Assembly (NCBI GenBank): GCA_963786955.1
Contig: CAWBAT010000006.1
Span: 832,001-896,000 of the forward strand
DNA: 64,000 nucleotides
Direction: 5' to 3'
Source of the DNA: an uncultured Acidimicrobiia bacterium
Lineage (GTDB): Bacteria > Acidobacteriota > Terriglobia > Versatilivoradales > Versatilivoraceae
Below are positions 18,815 through 28,587 of this stretch, piece by piece. Within the stretch, counting starts at the first letter, position 1; every line of letters begins with the position of its first letter. The notes beneath the pieces are model-generated. The model was not told where the DNA came from, made no database searches, and saw only the letters and a list, made by a program, of their open reading frames with translations. Both the position numbers and the translations under genes were made by a program.

Positions 18815-19112
18815 ATGGAATATCAGGATAGAAATCTCGTTTGCGTCGATTGCGGGACAGGAGTTCGTCTTTTCGGCGGGGGAACAGCAGTTTTATGCAG
18901 TCAAGAATTTCAAGAACGAGCCGAAAAGATGCAAAGATTGCAAGTCAAAAAGAAACCTGGCTCTGAATTCTTCCAAATCGAAAATTGAAACAATCGCTGT
19001 GTGCGCAAGCTGTGGAAAGGAGACAACCGTCCCCTTCAAACCGACTCAAGGCCGGCCGGTTTATTGTCGGGAGTGTTTCCAGCAGCAACGCCAGATATCC
19101 GCTTCTGCCTAG
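18815..19112 (+). CDS. Zinc-ribbon plus CxxC-x17-CxxC domain protein (~98 aa) with an apparent +1 indel at about 18854-18857
   Basis: Repaired translation MEYQDRNLVCVDCGQEFVFSAGEQQFY...NEPKRCKDCK...VCASCGKETTVPFKPTQGRPVYCRECF; GGGAG RBS. Confidence 0.85.
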
Positions 19113-19136
19113 TCGTGAACTCAAGATTTTACATAG

Positions 19137-19168
19137 AAAAAAGCCTCGCCTCAGGCGGGGCTTTTTTC
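19137..19168. terminator. Bidirectional rho-independent terminator
   Basis: AAAAAAGCCTCGCC-TCA-GGCGGGGCTTTTTT between convergent genes. Confidence 0.85.
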
Positions 19169-19181
19169 TTTTCCGAAGGTT

Positions 19182-20180
19182 CTATCCCATTGTGGCCTGA
19201 ATGGCTGTTATCACCGCGGTATTGACGATATCGTCGGCCTTGCAGCCTCGTGACAAGTCATTTGCGGGCCTTCGCAATCCCTGCAAAATAGGTCCAATCG
19301 CCTCGGCACCGGAAAGTCTCTCAACCAGTTTGTAAGCGATATTTCCTGATTGCAAATCCGGGAAAATGAGAACATTGGCTCGCCCTGCTACGGGACTTCC
19401 TGGAGATTTCGATTGGCCCACAGACTCCACCAGTGCAGCGTCCGCTTGAAGCTCTCCATCAATCGAAAGTCCAGGTTTCCGCTCCCGAGCCGTTCTTACT
19501 GCTTCAACCACTTTTTCAACCAAAGGATGCTTTGCGCTGCCTTTGGATGAAAAAGAGAGCAACGCAACCCTCGGGACAAGCCCAACCAGAAGCTCCGCAT
19601 TCATCGCCGTTGAAATAGCGATATCGGCTAATTGTGAAGCATCCGGGTTCGGGACGACCGCGCAATCTGCGAAGAATAGGATGCCTTCATGTCCGTAGCG
19701 TGTGTCCTTTAGAACCATGACAAAAAAGCTTGAGACAATGGGGCAGTTTTCTCTCAAGCCAATGCAACGCAGGGCGGCACGGACTGTTTCGGCAGTCGTA
19801 TTCGTAGCCCCTGCCACCGAGCCATCGGCATCGCCCGTATTCACCATCATCGCCCCATAATAAAGCGGGCTCTTGAGCTGGCGGACCGCTTCATCTTTGG
19901 TGATCCCCTTGGACTTCATGCGCTCGTAGTAGAGATTGGCATATGGAGAGAGTTTTTCTGACTGTGAAGGATCGATAATCGTCAACTTGCCTAGGTTCAG
20001 GCTGAGTTCATCGGCTCTAAGGCGGATCGCCTCTGGGCTGCCTAACAAAATCACGGAGGCCAACTCTTCCCGGTTCAATCGATCGGCTGCAACCAGCGTC
20101 CGGTCGTCCATCCCTTCTGGCAGAACAATTCTTTGCTTTGCCTGTTTGGCTTTTTGCTTAAAGGTGTCGAGAATATTCAC
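19182..20180 (-). CDS. pta: Phosphate acetyltransferase
   Basis: [45 protein letters not shown]. Confidence 0.95.
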   Translation of the reverse strand: MNILDTFKQKAKQAKQRIVLPEGMDDRTLVAADRLNREELASVILLGSPEAIRLRADELSLNLGKLTIIDPSQSEKLSPYANLYYERMKSKGITKDEAVRQLKSPLYYGAMMVNTGDADGSVAGATNTTAETVRAALRCIGLRENCPIVSSFFVMVLKDTRYGHEGILFFADCAVVPNPDASQLADIAISTAMNAELLVGLVPRVALLSFSSKGSAKHPLVEKVVEAVRTARERKPGLSIDGELQADAALVESVGQSKSPGSPVAGRANVLIFPDLQSGNIAYKLVERLSGAEAIGPILQGLRRPANDLSRGCKADDIVNTAVITAIQATMG

Positions 20181-20195
20181 GGGGAATGATTGAAA

Positions 20196-21593
20196 CTAGC
20201 GGGATATCTTTCGCTTGATATCGACGCTAAGCCTTTTCACTTTTGAGTTTAAGGTGGAAAGAGGGACTCCAAACTTCTCGGCGGCTTCCGTCTGGCTCCA
20301 GTTCACGCTTTCTAGCATCTGGATGATCACCTTTCTTTCAAAGGTATCCACAATATCAAAAAGAGACTGTCCATTGTTGATCGGGATTTCGTCCATTTGC
20401 AAGCGCGAAACCGGAGCAATAATGTGACCCGGGACCATTTCAGGAATAATTTCACTGCCTGGCGCCAAAACGACGCCACGCTCAATAACATTCTCAAGCT
20501 CTCGAACGTTTCCGGGCCAATCATAGTCAATCAGAGCCTTGAGAACATACGGAAGCACGCGGCACGGGGGTCTGTCATTCTCTTCAGCGAATTTCTTAAT
20601 GAAATGATCAACCAATAAGGGAATATCTTCCCGTCGATCCCTGAGCGGAGGCAACTCCACGGAGATGACGTTCAAGCGGTAGTAGAGATCGTCTCTGAAC
20701 CTTCCTTGTTCCACGAGCTGCTTCAAGTCCACGTTGGTCGCGGCAATGATGCGGGCATCCACTTTGATCGTTTCGATTCCACCAAGACGCATGAATTCTT
20801 TTTCCTGCAACACCCGCAATAATTTGGCCTGCGTCTCCAGGCTGATGGTTCCGATCTCATCGAAGAAGATCGATCCTCGGTCCGCAACTTCAAACAAGCC
20901 TTTCTTTGAGGAAACCGCGCTGGTAAAAGCGCCACGAACATGTCCGAAAAGGGTACTCTCGAGAAGATCCGTCGGGAGGCTTCCACTGTTCACCGTAACG
21001 AAGGTATTTTCAGACCGAGGGCTATTGGTATGAATCGCCTTGGCGATCAATTCTTTGCCCGTTCCGCTTTCTCCCTGGATGAGCACAGTCGTCCGGCTTT
21101 GTGCGACATGAGAGACCAGGTCGAACACTTTGAGCATTTTCTCGCTCTTGCCGATGATATTCGAGAATCCATACCTCTGCTTCAGGGCCCTCTTGAGTTC
21201 ACGGTTTTCGACTTGGAGCCGGCGCTGCTGAATTCCATTCTTAATATCCAGTAGCAACTTCTCATTGTCCCAGGGCTTGGTGACATAATCTGACGCACCC
21301 GCCTTTATAGCGCTCACGGCGTTCTCAATAGTGCCGAAGGCGGTAATCATGATAATGGCCGTCTCCGGAGAAATCTGGTGGATCTCCTTAAGGACTTCCA
21401 ATCCATTTCTGTCTGGCATCATGACGTCGAGTAGAATCAAGTCAAAGAGTTCCGATTCCACCCGGCGGAGGCCTTCGGTGCCACTATCCGCCAGCGTCAC
21501 CCTGTAATTGGCATCCGACAGCAGCAGGTCCAGGTTTTCCCGGATGGCAACTTCATCGTCCACGACCAAAATAGATCCACCTTGATTAGACAT
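20196..21593 (-). CDS. Sigma-54-dependent response regulator (NtrC/AtoC family: receiver, AAA+, HTH)
   Basis: ILVVDDE, LLDVMMP, GESGTGKE, LFGHVRGAFTSA (GAFTGA variant), WPGNVRELEN, Fis-type HTH. Confidence 0.95.
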   Translation of the reverse strand: MSNQGGSILVVDDEVAIRENLDLLLSDANYRVTLADSGTEGLRRVESELFDLILLDVMMPDRNGLEVLKEIHQISPETAIIMITAFGTIENAVSAIKAGASDYVTKPWDNEKLLLDIKNGIQQRRLQVENRELKRALKQRYGFSNIIGKSEKMLKVFDLVSHVAQSRTTVLIQGESGTGKELIAKAIHTNSPRSENTFVTVNSGSLPTDLLESTLFGHVRGAFTSAVSSKKGLFEVADRGSIFFDEIGTISLETQAKLLRVLQEKEFMRLGGIETIKVDARIIAATNVDLKQLVEQGRFRDDLYYRLNVISVELPPLRDRREDIPLLVDHFIKKFAEENDRPPCRVLPYVLKALIDYDWPGNVRELENVIERGVVLAPGSEIIPEMVPGHIIAPVSRLQMDEIPINNGQSLFDIVDTFERKVIIQMLESVNWSQTEAAEKFGVPLSTLNSKVKRLSVDIKRKISR

Positions 21594-24429
21594 TGGCCAC
21601 TTTCCTCGGAGCCGGGAGTTCTAGGACGAAGCGAGTCCCTTTCCCAGGAGTCGAGTCCACAATGATTTTTCCTGAATGTTCCTGAATGATTCCATAACTC
21701 ACCGAGAGTCCAAGGCCGGTTCCCCGCCCCACTTCTTTCGTCGTATAAAACGGGTCGTATATTTTCTTCAGGTTCTCTTCGGAGATCCCCATGCCGGAGT
21801 CCATGATCTCAACTCGCAGCACAGAGTCAAAAAGAGATGTCTTTACCAAAAGCTCTCCTCCCTCAGGCATGGCGTCTTTAGCGTTAATAAACAAATTAAG
21901 GAAAACTTGTTGCAGCTTTCCGGCGTTACCAAACACCTGGAGAGTTGAACTCCCAAATTCTTTCTTAGCCTTCACCTTGGCCGTTTTGAACTGATGCTCA
22001 AGCAGAGAGAGGGTATCCGAAATCACCGCATTGAGCTCCACCATGCTGAAATCGCCCCCGCTGGTTCTCGAAAAATTGAGCAGACTATTCACGATCTCGG
22101 AAGCTCTGAAGGACTGTTTGACGATCTTGTCGAGGATCTTGGCTTTTGAGTCTTCGGGCTGATATTGCTTGTAAAGCATCTGGCTGTAGCTGGAGATGAC
22201 AGCCAATGGCGTGTTGACTTCGTGGGCCACGCCGGCCGCCAGCAGGCCGATGGAGGTTAATTTCTCCGTCTGCACGAGCTGGTCCTCAAGCTTGACTCTT
22301 TCGGTCTTGTCATCCAGGATAAGCATCTGGCCGGTAACGCAGCCGTCTTTACCGAGCAACGGGGTTACGGTAATGTCCGCAACCATCAGGTGCCCATTGA
22401 GCCTTAATGGGTACTTATACAGGTTGATCCCCTCCGACTGAGGCGCGCGGTTTTCCCTCATCCGGCCACGGATGAGCTCAACTAGGGATGGCGTAAAATG
22501 ATCGGTTAAGAGCGTGCCCAGAGCCTTGTGCCTCGGAAGATTAACCAACTGCCCCATTTTGGAATTCCAACTTTCGATCCGTTCGTCGAGGCCAAAGACC
22601 AGCACTCCAACGCTGATCGATTCGACAATGCTCTCACTGTAGTCCTTGAGCCTCTGCAACGCTTCAGCTTTTTCCCGGATGGATTCATAGAGTCGGCTAT
22701 TTTCAATGGCGATGGCAACGTAACCCGCAATCGTTTGCAGTAGCTCGACGTCTTCGCTGGTGAGCAGTTGTCCCGAAGTGGTTCGGCCCAACCCAATAAA
22801 TGCAATGGTATGTCCCTTGGTGACGCAAGGCAGATAGTAATTTAAATCCAAGTGGCGTAGAGTCTCGTGAAATTCGGAATTTTCAGATACAAGGTTTCGA
22901 AGATTCTCATAAAAGAGATATCCCTTCGCTAATGTGGGACGAGCAGGATCGAGGAATCCAAGATTCGCCAGGTCTGCACTCCGCAGGAACTGGCTCACTC
23001 CAAGGGACTTGACGAGTTGGAATTGTTCTGGGTCTGTTTCATTCGCCAGAAATATTCCGATTTTATCCACCGAAAGAGTCTGGCTGATTCTCTCGACGAC
23101 AAGATCCAGCAATTGCTTGAGATGGACTTCCGCACCTAAGGTTTTTCCAAATTCAATCAGCGTCTGGCGATAGTCATAGTGGTCCCGGTAAAAGTACTTG
23201 TCGACTCTCGTTTGGATCCAATTCCGCAGTGGTGAAAAAATAAAGGCCGCTACAACCAGCGAAATGATCACCCAGATCCGGTTTGCACCCGAGGCCCGAA
23301 AAACTTCACTCACCACACCAATCAATACAAAATAGAATCCAACAACAGTCAGCGAAGCAAGGGTGGCGGCGACACCGCGCTTAAAGATAATATCAACGTC
23401 CATCAAACGGTACTTGATGATAGCATATCCGAAAGTCAGCGGAATCAGGACGAGAGGGAATACCGAAAGCTCCATCCAGAAGGACGGAATCACCCCATTG
23501 AAGTAGGGAAGCGCGTAAAGAAAGAAAAAGGGGAAGGTCCCAAACGTCGTGCCGATCACAATCCACTTCATCTGCTGTCGCAGCGTTTGAATCTGACTCG
23601 TCCGATAGGTGTGGTACAAAGCAAAGACGCCCAAGACGAAAAAGAGCGCAAAGTGAAGGGTATGAATCTTGTCCAGGAGAATGCGGATCTTGAGCGGAGC
23701 CTGGAAGAAATTCAGCCCCCCCGAAATGAACAGAACATGCGTGACCAGCAGAATAATTGCAGGAACATAAAGCAGCAATAAGACCAATGGCAGTCGCTGA
23801 ATGCTTTTTTTTCGCTCCGGGAAGCTCAGGCAAAAATGCAAAAACAACGGGGGTAAAAGAAGTAGCGCTATCGCATCAAGCCAGTAAACCGTCCAATCAA
23901 ACTCGTTGAGTTTGTTCGTATAGGAATACGTACACATGACAAAAGACGCAATACAAATGGTGTAAAAATGGAATGCACCTTTCGCCTGCCAGCGACGCTG
24001 AAAGATAAATATTCCAATGAACAGATAGAGGAATCCAACCACCTCCAGAAATCTCTTGAAGCGAAGTTGATTGTCCTGCGGTGAGACGATTAGAGTTGTG
24101 CTGATTTGGGTGCCATTACGCGAGATGGAGTAGGTGGCTTTCGACCAGACACCCAGATCATAAAGGATCTTTGTCACATCGGTAGCTGATGCGGTTCTCC
24201 TGTTGTTTATAGACAGGAGCAGGTCTCCGCCATGAATGCCCGCCCGGTCTCCGGGACCACCTTCCTCGACAATGAGAGCTTTGAGACCTCGATTCGTAGC
24301 CACCCACCCGCACCCATCGTCGGGAGTGACATATTTGGCCTTCTGAAAACTGTTGATGAGACCTAACACGGTCAACACCGTCGTGATCAGAACGATCGAA
24401 CTCGTCTTGAAACTGAATCTAGTAAACAT
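21586..24429 (-). CDS. Membrane sensor histidine kinase: periplasmic PDZ, multi-TM, GAF, PAS, HisKA/HATPase
   Basis: GGPGDRAGIHGGDLLLSIN (PDZ), about 8-9 TM helices, GAF (AIAIENSRLY), AHEVNTPL H-box, N/G boxes; overlaps the regulator start. Confidence 0.92.
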   Translation of the reverse strand: MFTRFSFKTSSIVLITTVLTVLGLINSFQKAKYVTPDDGCGWVATNRGLKALIVEEGGPGDRAGIHGGDLLLSINNRRTASATDVTKILYDLGVWSKATYSISRNGTQISTTLIVSPQDNQLRFKRFLEVVGFLYLFIGIFIFQRRWQAKGAFHFYTICIASFVMCTYSYTNKLNEFDWTVYWLDAIALLLLPPLFLHFCLSFPERKKSIQRLPLVLLLLYVPAIILLVTHVLFISGGLNFFQAPLKIRILLDKIHTLHFALFFVLGVFALYHTYRTSQIQTLRQQMKWIVIGTTFGTFPFFFLYALPYFNGVIPSFWMELSVFPLVLIPLTFGYAIIKYRLMDVDIIFKRGVAATLASLTVVGFYFVLIGVVSEVFRASGANRIWVIISLVVAAFIFSPLRNWIQTRVDKYFYRDHYDYRQTLIEFGKTLGAEVHLKQLLDLVVERISQTLSVDKIGIFLANETDPEQFQLVKSLGVSQFLRSADLANLGFLDPARPTLAKGYLFYENLRNLVSENSEFHETLRHLDLNYYLPCVTKGHTIAFIGLGRTTSGQLLTSEDVELLQTIAGYVAIAIENSRLYESIREKAEALQRLKDYSESIVESISVGVLVFGLDERIESWNSKMGQLVNLPRHKALGTLLTDHFTPSLVELIRGRMRENRAPQSEGINLYKYPLRLNGHLMVADITVTPLLGKDGCVTGQMLILDDKTERVKLEDQLVQTEKLTSIGLLAAGVAHEVNTPLAVISSYSQMLYKQYQPEDSKAKILDKIVKQSFRASEIVNSLLNFSRTSGGDFSMVELNAVISDTLSLLEHQFKTAKVKAKKEFGSSTLQVFGNAGKLQQVFLNLFINAKDAMPEGGELLVKTSLFDSVLRVEIMDSGMGISEENLKKIYDPFYTTKEVGRGTGLGLSVSYGIIQEHSGKIIVDSTPGKGTRFVLELPAPRKVANV

Positions 24430-24473
24430 AGCTGCTTGCGCTCGGGCCAAACGAGGATTTCACGAATACCAAG

Positions 24474-24490
24474 TGCAGTTTTAATGCCAA
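24474..24490 (-). promoter_or_regulatory. Sigma-54 -24/-12 promoter of the kinase-regulator operon
   Basis: Minus strand TTGGCATTAAAACTGCA (GG-N10-GC); IHF-like TATTAACAATTTA at 24527-24539. Confidence 0.7.
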
Positions 24491-24580
24491 TACAACCATC
24501 GAGCGATATATAGTTAAGTTAAATATTATTAACAATTTAACAAGACTTCAAGAGATCATCTCAAAGCCAAATATTCTAGG

Positions 24581-24621
24581 TATACAAATTTTTGTATAAT
24601 ATTGATACGAAAAATTGTATC
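24581..24621. promoter_or_regulatory. Tandem palindromic enhancer (UAS) candidates
   Basis: ATACAAATTTTTGTAT (24582-24597) and ATACGAAAAATTGTAT (24605-24620), about 100-125 bp upstream of the -24 box. Confidence 0.7.
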
Positions 24622-24669
24622 AAAAAGATAATTAAAAACTTATTGAAATTTTCTGGGCTGAAGGGTCAT

Positions 24670-26406
24670 TTAGAACTTGAGCATTAAGCCGCCTCGAACC
24701 GAACGAGATGGCGAAATAAACTCAATTCGTCGGATGTAAGGAGAGTTGTAGACATCGAGGGAGTTCTTGGCGAGCAGGTTTCGCATCTCGAACTGAGCTT
24801 CGAGTTTTCCGGGAATAAATCTTCCCACGTAAGGAATCGCCTGGGCAATCGTGACACTGACACCTGGAGAGGCCGAATCAAAATTCTCCTGATAGGGGTC
24901 AATCAGAGTGATGGGGTCTCCGGAGATCCAACGATACATGGCGGAGAGGTACGTTCCTGTGCTCGGGATTTGGGACCGCAAGTTGGCAGTTAAAACGTGG
25001 AAGTTTTGACTGCTGGCGAAATCATTAACACCCGTGAGATTTACTCCACCCCCATAGGTATAGCCGAACAACCCTTCCAGTCGAGGGGAGAAGCGGCGCT
25101 GGTAGGCAACCCGAACCCCACGGCTCGTTGAATTGGGTTCAAAGGAAGAAGCAAAAAAAATACTTTGATTGTAGGGAGACAATCGATCGCTGTAGTATCC
25201 GGCCACCACCCGTGAGTGCGAGCTGAGTTCCTGTTCCGCACTGAACTCTGAATGAAGGATGCGGCTTGTCCCAAGACTCAAGGGATATCCATATTCATGC
25301 TGAAAGGGCATCGAGAGAGTGACCGTCTTCCCTTCCTCCACCTCAACCACCTTTTCCAGATGAGGCAAGGACGAAGTCCGGAGATAAGTGAAAGAAGTCT
25401 TGGACGTCGGTCTAAAATGAGCTCCCAGTTTCGGCCGGACTCGGGGAGAATTCGCAGCAGGATCCGACAATTGAATTTCAGTCCCGTAGAGTAGAGACAG
25501 GTGAAAAGGCAATCGAATCTCGTCCTGCAATTCCAAATTGTAGACACTCATCCGTCCCGCACTTCGGTTTACCACGGGGGTGTAGGTATCGGGCAAATAC
25601 GGCAGCATACCCATGCTGATCCGAACTGTCGAATTGTGAAATCCATTTGAATCCGTGAACCGGACCAGTGAATCGACTTCTGCATATCCAGAGCCGGAAA
25701 CAGCGCCTGCCAGCACAAGGCTGGTATTCGGGTTGAGTTGTTTGGCAATCGCAAACTCGGTGAAAGTGCCCCCCACACCAGCCAGATCAGGGTCTCCATC
25801 GTACGATGAAGCGTATACGCGGAAAGAGCCGCGAAATCCTTTTCCTGTGCGGGCCGGTTCATCCACACCGTCAGAAGTGGATTGACCCGTATCCTGCCTG
25901 GAGTCTGATTCAAATACGCGAAGAATGGGGCGTGTCGAAGAAGCCGCGCGAAGAACGGACTCGATATCTTCTGTTTCCGTCGCGGGCTGCGGCTCCCGAG
26001 AGACTCCAAGAATAGATTGAAGGTACAGACTTTCGAGAGTCAGGTTGAGGCTGGCGATCTTATCGGCCACCACCTTGATCCCGGAGCGGATCAAAGGAGG
26101 ATAATTGGCGGCGCTCACTTTGAGAGCGTAAAGCCCCGGAAGCAAACCTTTGATTTCAAATCTTCCGGTACTGTCGGTTATTGCGGTCTTAACCACCTTC
26201 GAACTGAATTGCCCCTCCAGTAGAATCACGGCGATCCCGTCCAGTGGTGTTCCGCGGGAATCTTGAATCGTTCCGGCTAGACCGCCCGCCAGCGAAGCCG
26301 CTCTCAATTGGCCGCAGACTATGACGAGCAGGAAGGGGATGACAGCAAAAGTTACTTTCGGAACTCGCATGAATCCTCGACTCAATAATAAGGTCCACAC
26401 CTTCAT
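24670..26406 (-). CDS. Outer-membrane beta-barrel protein with N-terminal carboxypeptidase-regulatory-like domain
   Basis: Signal peptide; G.I.DSRG.PL...TDSTGRF...LLPG.Y; amphipathic strands; C-terminal ...GGLMLKF. Confidence 0.75.
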   Translation of the reverse strand: MKVWTLLLSRGFMRVPKVTFAVIPFLLVIVCGQLRAASLAGGLAGTIQDSRGTPLDGIAVILLEGQFSSKVVKTAITDSTGRFEIKGLLPGLYALKVSAANYPPLIRSGIKVVADKIASLNLTLESLYLQSILGVSREPQPATETEDIESVLRAASSTRPILRVFESDSRQDTGQSTSDGVDEPARTGKGFRGSFRVYASSYDGDPDLAGVGGTFTEFAIAKQLNPNTSLVLAGAVSGSGYAEVDSLVRFTDSNGFHNSTVRISMGMLPYLPDTYTPVVNRSAGRMSVYNLELQDEIRLPFHLSLLYGTEIQLSDPAANSPRVRPKLGAHFRPTSKTSFTYLRTSSLPHLEKVVEVEEGKTVTLSMPFQHEYGYPLSLGTSRILHSEFSAEQELSSHSRVVAGYYSDRLSPYNQSIFFASSFEPNSTSRGVRVAYQRRFSPRLEGLFGYTYGGGVNLTGVNDFASSQNFHVLTANLRSQIPSTGTYLSAMYRWISGDPITLIDPYQENFDSASPGVSVTIAQAIPYVGRFIPGKLEAQFEMRNLLAKNSLDVYNSPYIRRIEFISPSRSVRGGLMLKF

Positions 26407-26414
26407 GAACGAAA

Positions 26415-28052
26415 CTATCGAACCTGAAACTTCGCAACTGGGGAAATCGTGTGCTTGCTTAAATTGTCAGTCACGTTCACCACAAGACTGTAAGCCCCTG
26501 GCGCAAGGTCTTTCAGCGGAACGAATTTCTCAAAAGTCATCTGCTGAGCCGCTCCCGCCAATTTGTCCTGATCTTCTGTAAATCGTGCAATTTCCTTGTC
26601 CCCCTGCTTCAGCGAATATTCTATCGTTGCCGAAGGCTTCTTGGTTTTTTCATCAATCCCGAGATTATAGACCTGGAAATAAATCCCCATCGTCTGACTG
26701 CGGTTAAAAACATCATTGACGTTCGGAAAAATTTTGGAGCTCCCGATAATAAACTGCCCGGCGGCAGCCTGCTTCATGGAGAGCTTCTCGATATTATCTG
26801 CCAAAATAATACTGCTGGTCGCCAATTTATCCTCTTCAAACTTGGGAACCGTCAACCCTTTGTAAACCGTACCCACGTTGCCACTGTTCAGATCCTTCAG
26901 CACGAGTTCCAGCTTGTAGAGCCCCGAGCGCAGAGGAATAGATTTTTGGTAGAGCGACCTTTTTTCCAGGGATTGTTTGAATAAAGAATCCGGAACATCC
27001 TGTGCCACGACGTCTTCAAAGACCTGGACCACGCGGCCCGTAATAGTCGAGAGCCGGCCAAAAATATTGACCTGGGCACGTTGCACGCCTTCCTTGTTTT
27101 GGAACGTCATGTCCTTGTTGTAAATCTGCACCGTAATGGGCGTCAAGACGGTATCATCCGTGATCTTGATAAAATCCGTCCGATATTCAAACGGCATCAA
27201 GTTATAGGACAGCTTCGTGTTGACCACGGTCTCCAGATCCTTGAACTTCACCTGGGGCGGTCTTTGGAGCGCAACGTACTGTTGGAGACGGGTAAACGGA
27301 TCATAGGCCTGCCCGGCAGACCCCGACATCGTCCTGCCGATAGTCATCCCATCACCTCGGGAAAACCGATCCCCTTTGCTTGCCATTCCCATCTGTTCCA
27401 ATTGAGTCAAGCCCGCGTTGGGGACATTCGTTAAGGCGTCTTTCTCTCCGGGATCCAAGGCAATACGGTACTCGCCGGTACTCGTCCGATCGACAAATTC
27501 AATCATGACCTCATTGCCCAGGTTCGGTCCTTCAAGATAGCGATAACGCCAAACCTCAAATGGGAAAGTCGTCGTCTCTCCTCCGCCCTCTTCATACGGG
27601 CGCATATAGGGCCCACCGGTCGGATGAGAATCGATTTCATCGGGCGGACCCCAAGTAATATAAATTCTGCCGCGATCGGTCTTCCAACCAGGCCACCCAG
27701 ACGGGAACCGTTCATTGGCATAAGCAATGCGGCGGTAGTGTTCGTCTCTGAATTCATTTTCCATCGTATCGGGCGACGGATCCCTTCGTAACCAGAACTG
27801 CTCAATAAATTGGTAACGCTCGTCATCGGTCGTTAACTTCTTGTAAGCGGACCGCTCTTCGGGGGTGATGATATAGGCCACATCTTCATTGAGCCACTTC
27901 TTGAGATATTGGTCGGAGGTTTCATTCCGAAGCGACTTTTCTTTATTCTTATCGCGCTTGTTATTGTCACCGGCGGGGACAGAAACAGTTAGGACAAACC
28001 CGATGAGAAAGCCGGAAATCACGAGTCGTCGGAAACTTGAATTCGTTTTCAT
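26415..28052 (-). CDS. GWxTD domain-containing protein
   Basis: WL.EDV.YIIT.EE, FW.RRDP, EHYRRIAYANE, GWKTDRGRIYI.WGPPD; signal peptide; Ig-like C-terminus. Confidence 0.92.
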   Translation of the reverse strand: MKTNSSFRRLVISGFLIGFVLTVSVPAGDNNKRDKNKEKSLRNETSDQYLKKWLNEDVAYIITPEERSAYKKLTTDDERYQFIEQFWLRRDPSPDTMENEFRDEHYRRIAYANERFPSGWPGWKTDRGRIYITWGPPDEIDSHPTGGPYMRPYEEGGGETTTFPFEVWRYRYLEGPNLGNEVMIEFVDRTSTGEYRIALDPGEKDALTNVPNAGLTQLEQMGMASKGDRFSRGDGMTIGRTMSGSAGQAYDPFTRLQQYVALQRPPQVKFKDLETVVNTKLSYNLMPFEYRTDFIKITDDTVLTPITVQIYNKDMTFQNKEGVQRAQVNIFGRLSTITGRVVQVFEDVVAQDVPDSLFKQSLEKRSLYQKSIPLRSGLYKLELVLKDLNSGNVGTVYKGLTVPKFEEDKLATSSIILADNIEKLSMKQAAAGQFIIGSSKIFPNVNDVFNRSQTMGIYFQVYNLGIDEKTKKPSATIEYSLKQGDKEIARFTEDQDKLAGAAQQMTFEKFVPLKDLAPGAYSLVVNVTDNLSKHTISPVAKFQVR

Positions 28053-28122
28053 ACCTTAACGTTCAGAGTCTGGGTAGTTTAGGAAAACCAGGAATGAAAA
28101 AACCTGTCTATATCACTGCAAT

Positions 28123-28150
28123 ATTATAGAACAGTAAACCTTGGAGTCAA
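28123..28150 (-). promoter_or_regulatory. Putative sigma-70 promoter for the GWxTD gene
   Basis: Minus strand TTGACT-N16-TATAAT. Confidence 0.55.
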
Positions 28151-28156
28151 TCGCAA

Positions 28157-28260
28157 AATTGGAGGGCGGAACTCCGTGATGCCGTCCAAAGTAGGGGCGA
28201 AGCATTCGAAGATAGAGGGTGAATCGGTTTATGCCTTGCGAGTGAATGCTTCGCCCCTAC
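28157..28260. repeat. REP-containing block duplicated at 33659-33762
   Basis: AATTGGAGGGCGGAACTC...GTAGGGGCGAAGCATTC...GAATGCTTCGCCCCTAC. Confidence 0.8.
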
Positions 28261-28264
28261 TTTC

Positions 28265-28295
28265 AAAAAAAAGGATGGACTCGTTGGCCCATCCT
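28265..28295 (-). terminator. Rho-independent terminator
   Basis: Minus strand AGGATGG...CCATCCT followed by a T-run; paralogous to 33834-33864. Confidence 0.65.
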
Positions 28296-28409
28296 TAAAA
28301 GATTTCGTTCAGTTAGCAAGAACCACGTCCATCACTGCAACACTCGGTACCAGCGGGTGGAACCAGGAACTTCGCGCTACTTCAGGAACCGAACAAGCAA
28401 GCCTCCCTT

Positions 28410-28557
28410 CTACTGCAGATCTTTCACAGTCTCATGTGCCTTTATTGACCCGACCAGCAGAAAACCAGCCTGATCGCAGAACCACAACTCGGAAAGGAAA
28501 CGACCATTGCCGACTTTATCGAACACGAGCCGGGATGGGGCGCTTGAGCTGTCGCAC
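28410..28557 (-). pseudogene. Start-less relic paralogous to the N-terminal domain of the neighbouring cytochrome c gene
   Basis: Translates DSSSAPSRLVFDKVGNGRFLSELWFCDQAGFLLVGSIKAHETVKDLQ*, versus DSSSTPSRVVFDKVANNRFLSEVWFRDQDGYLLVGS...HETV; in-frame stop just upstream. Confidence 0.75.
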
Positions 28558-28587
28558 TCGCGTGTCTACTTGGCGGGCGTTACGACC

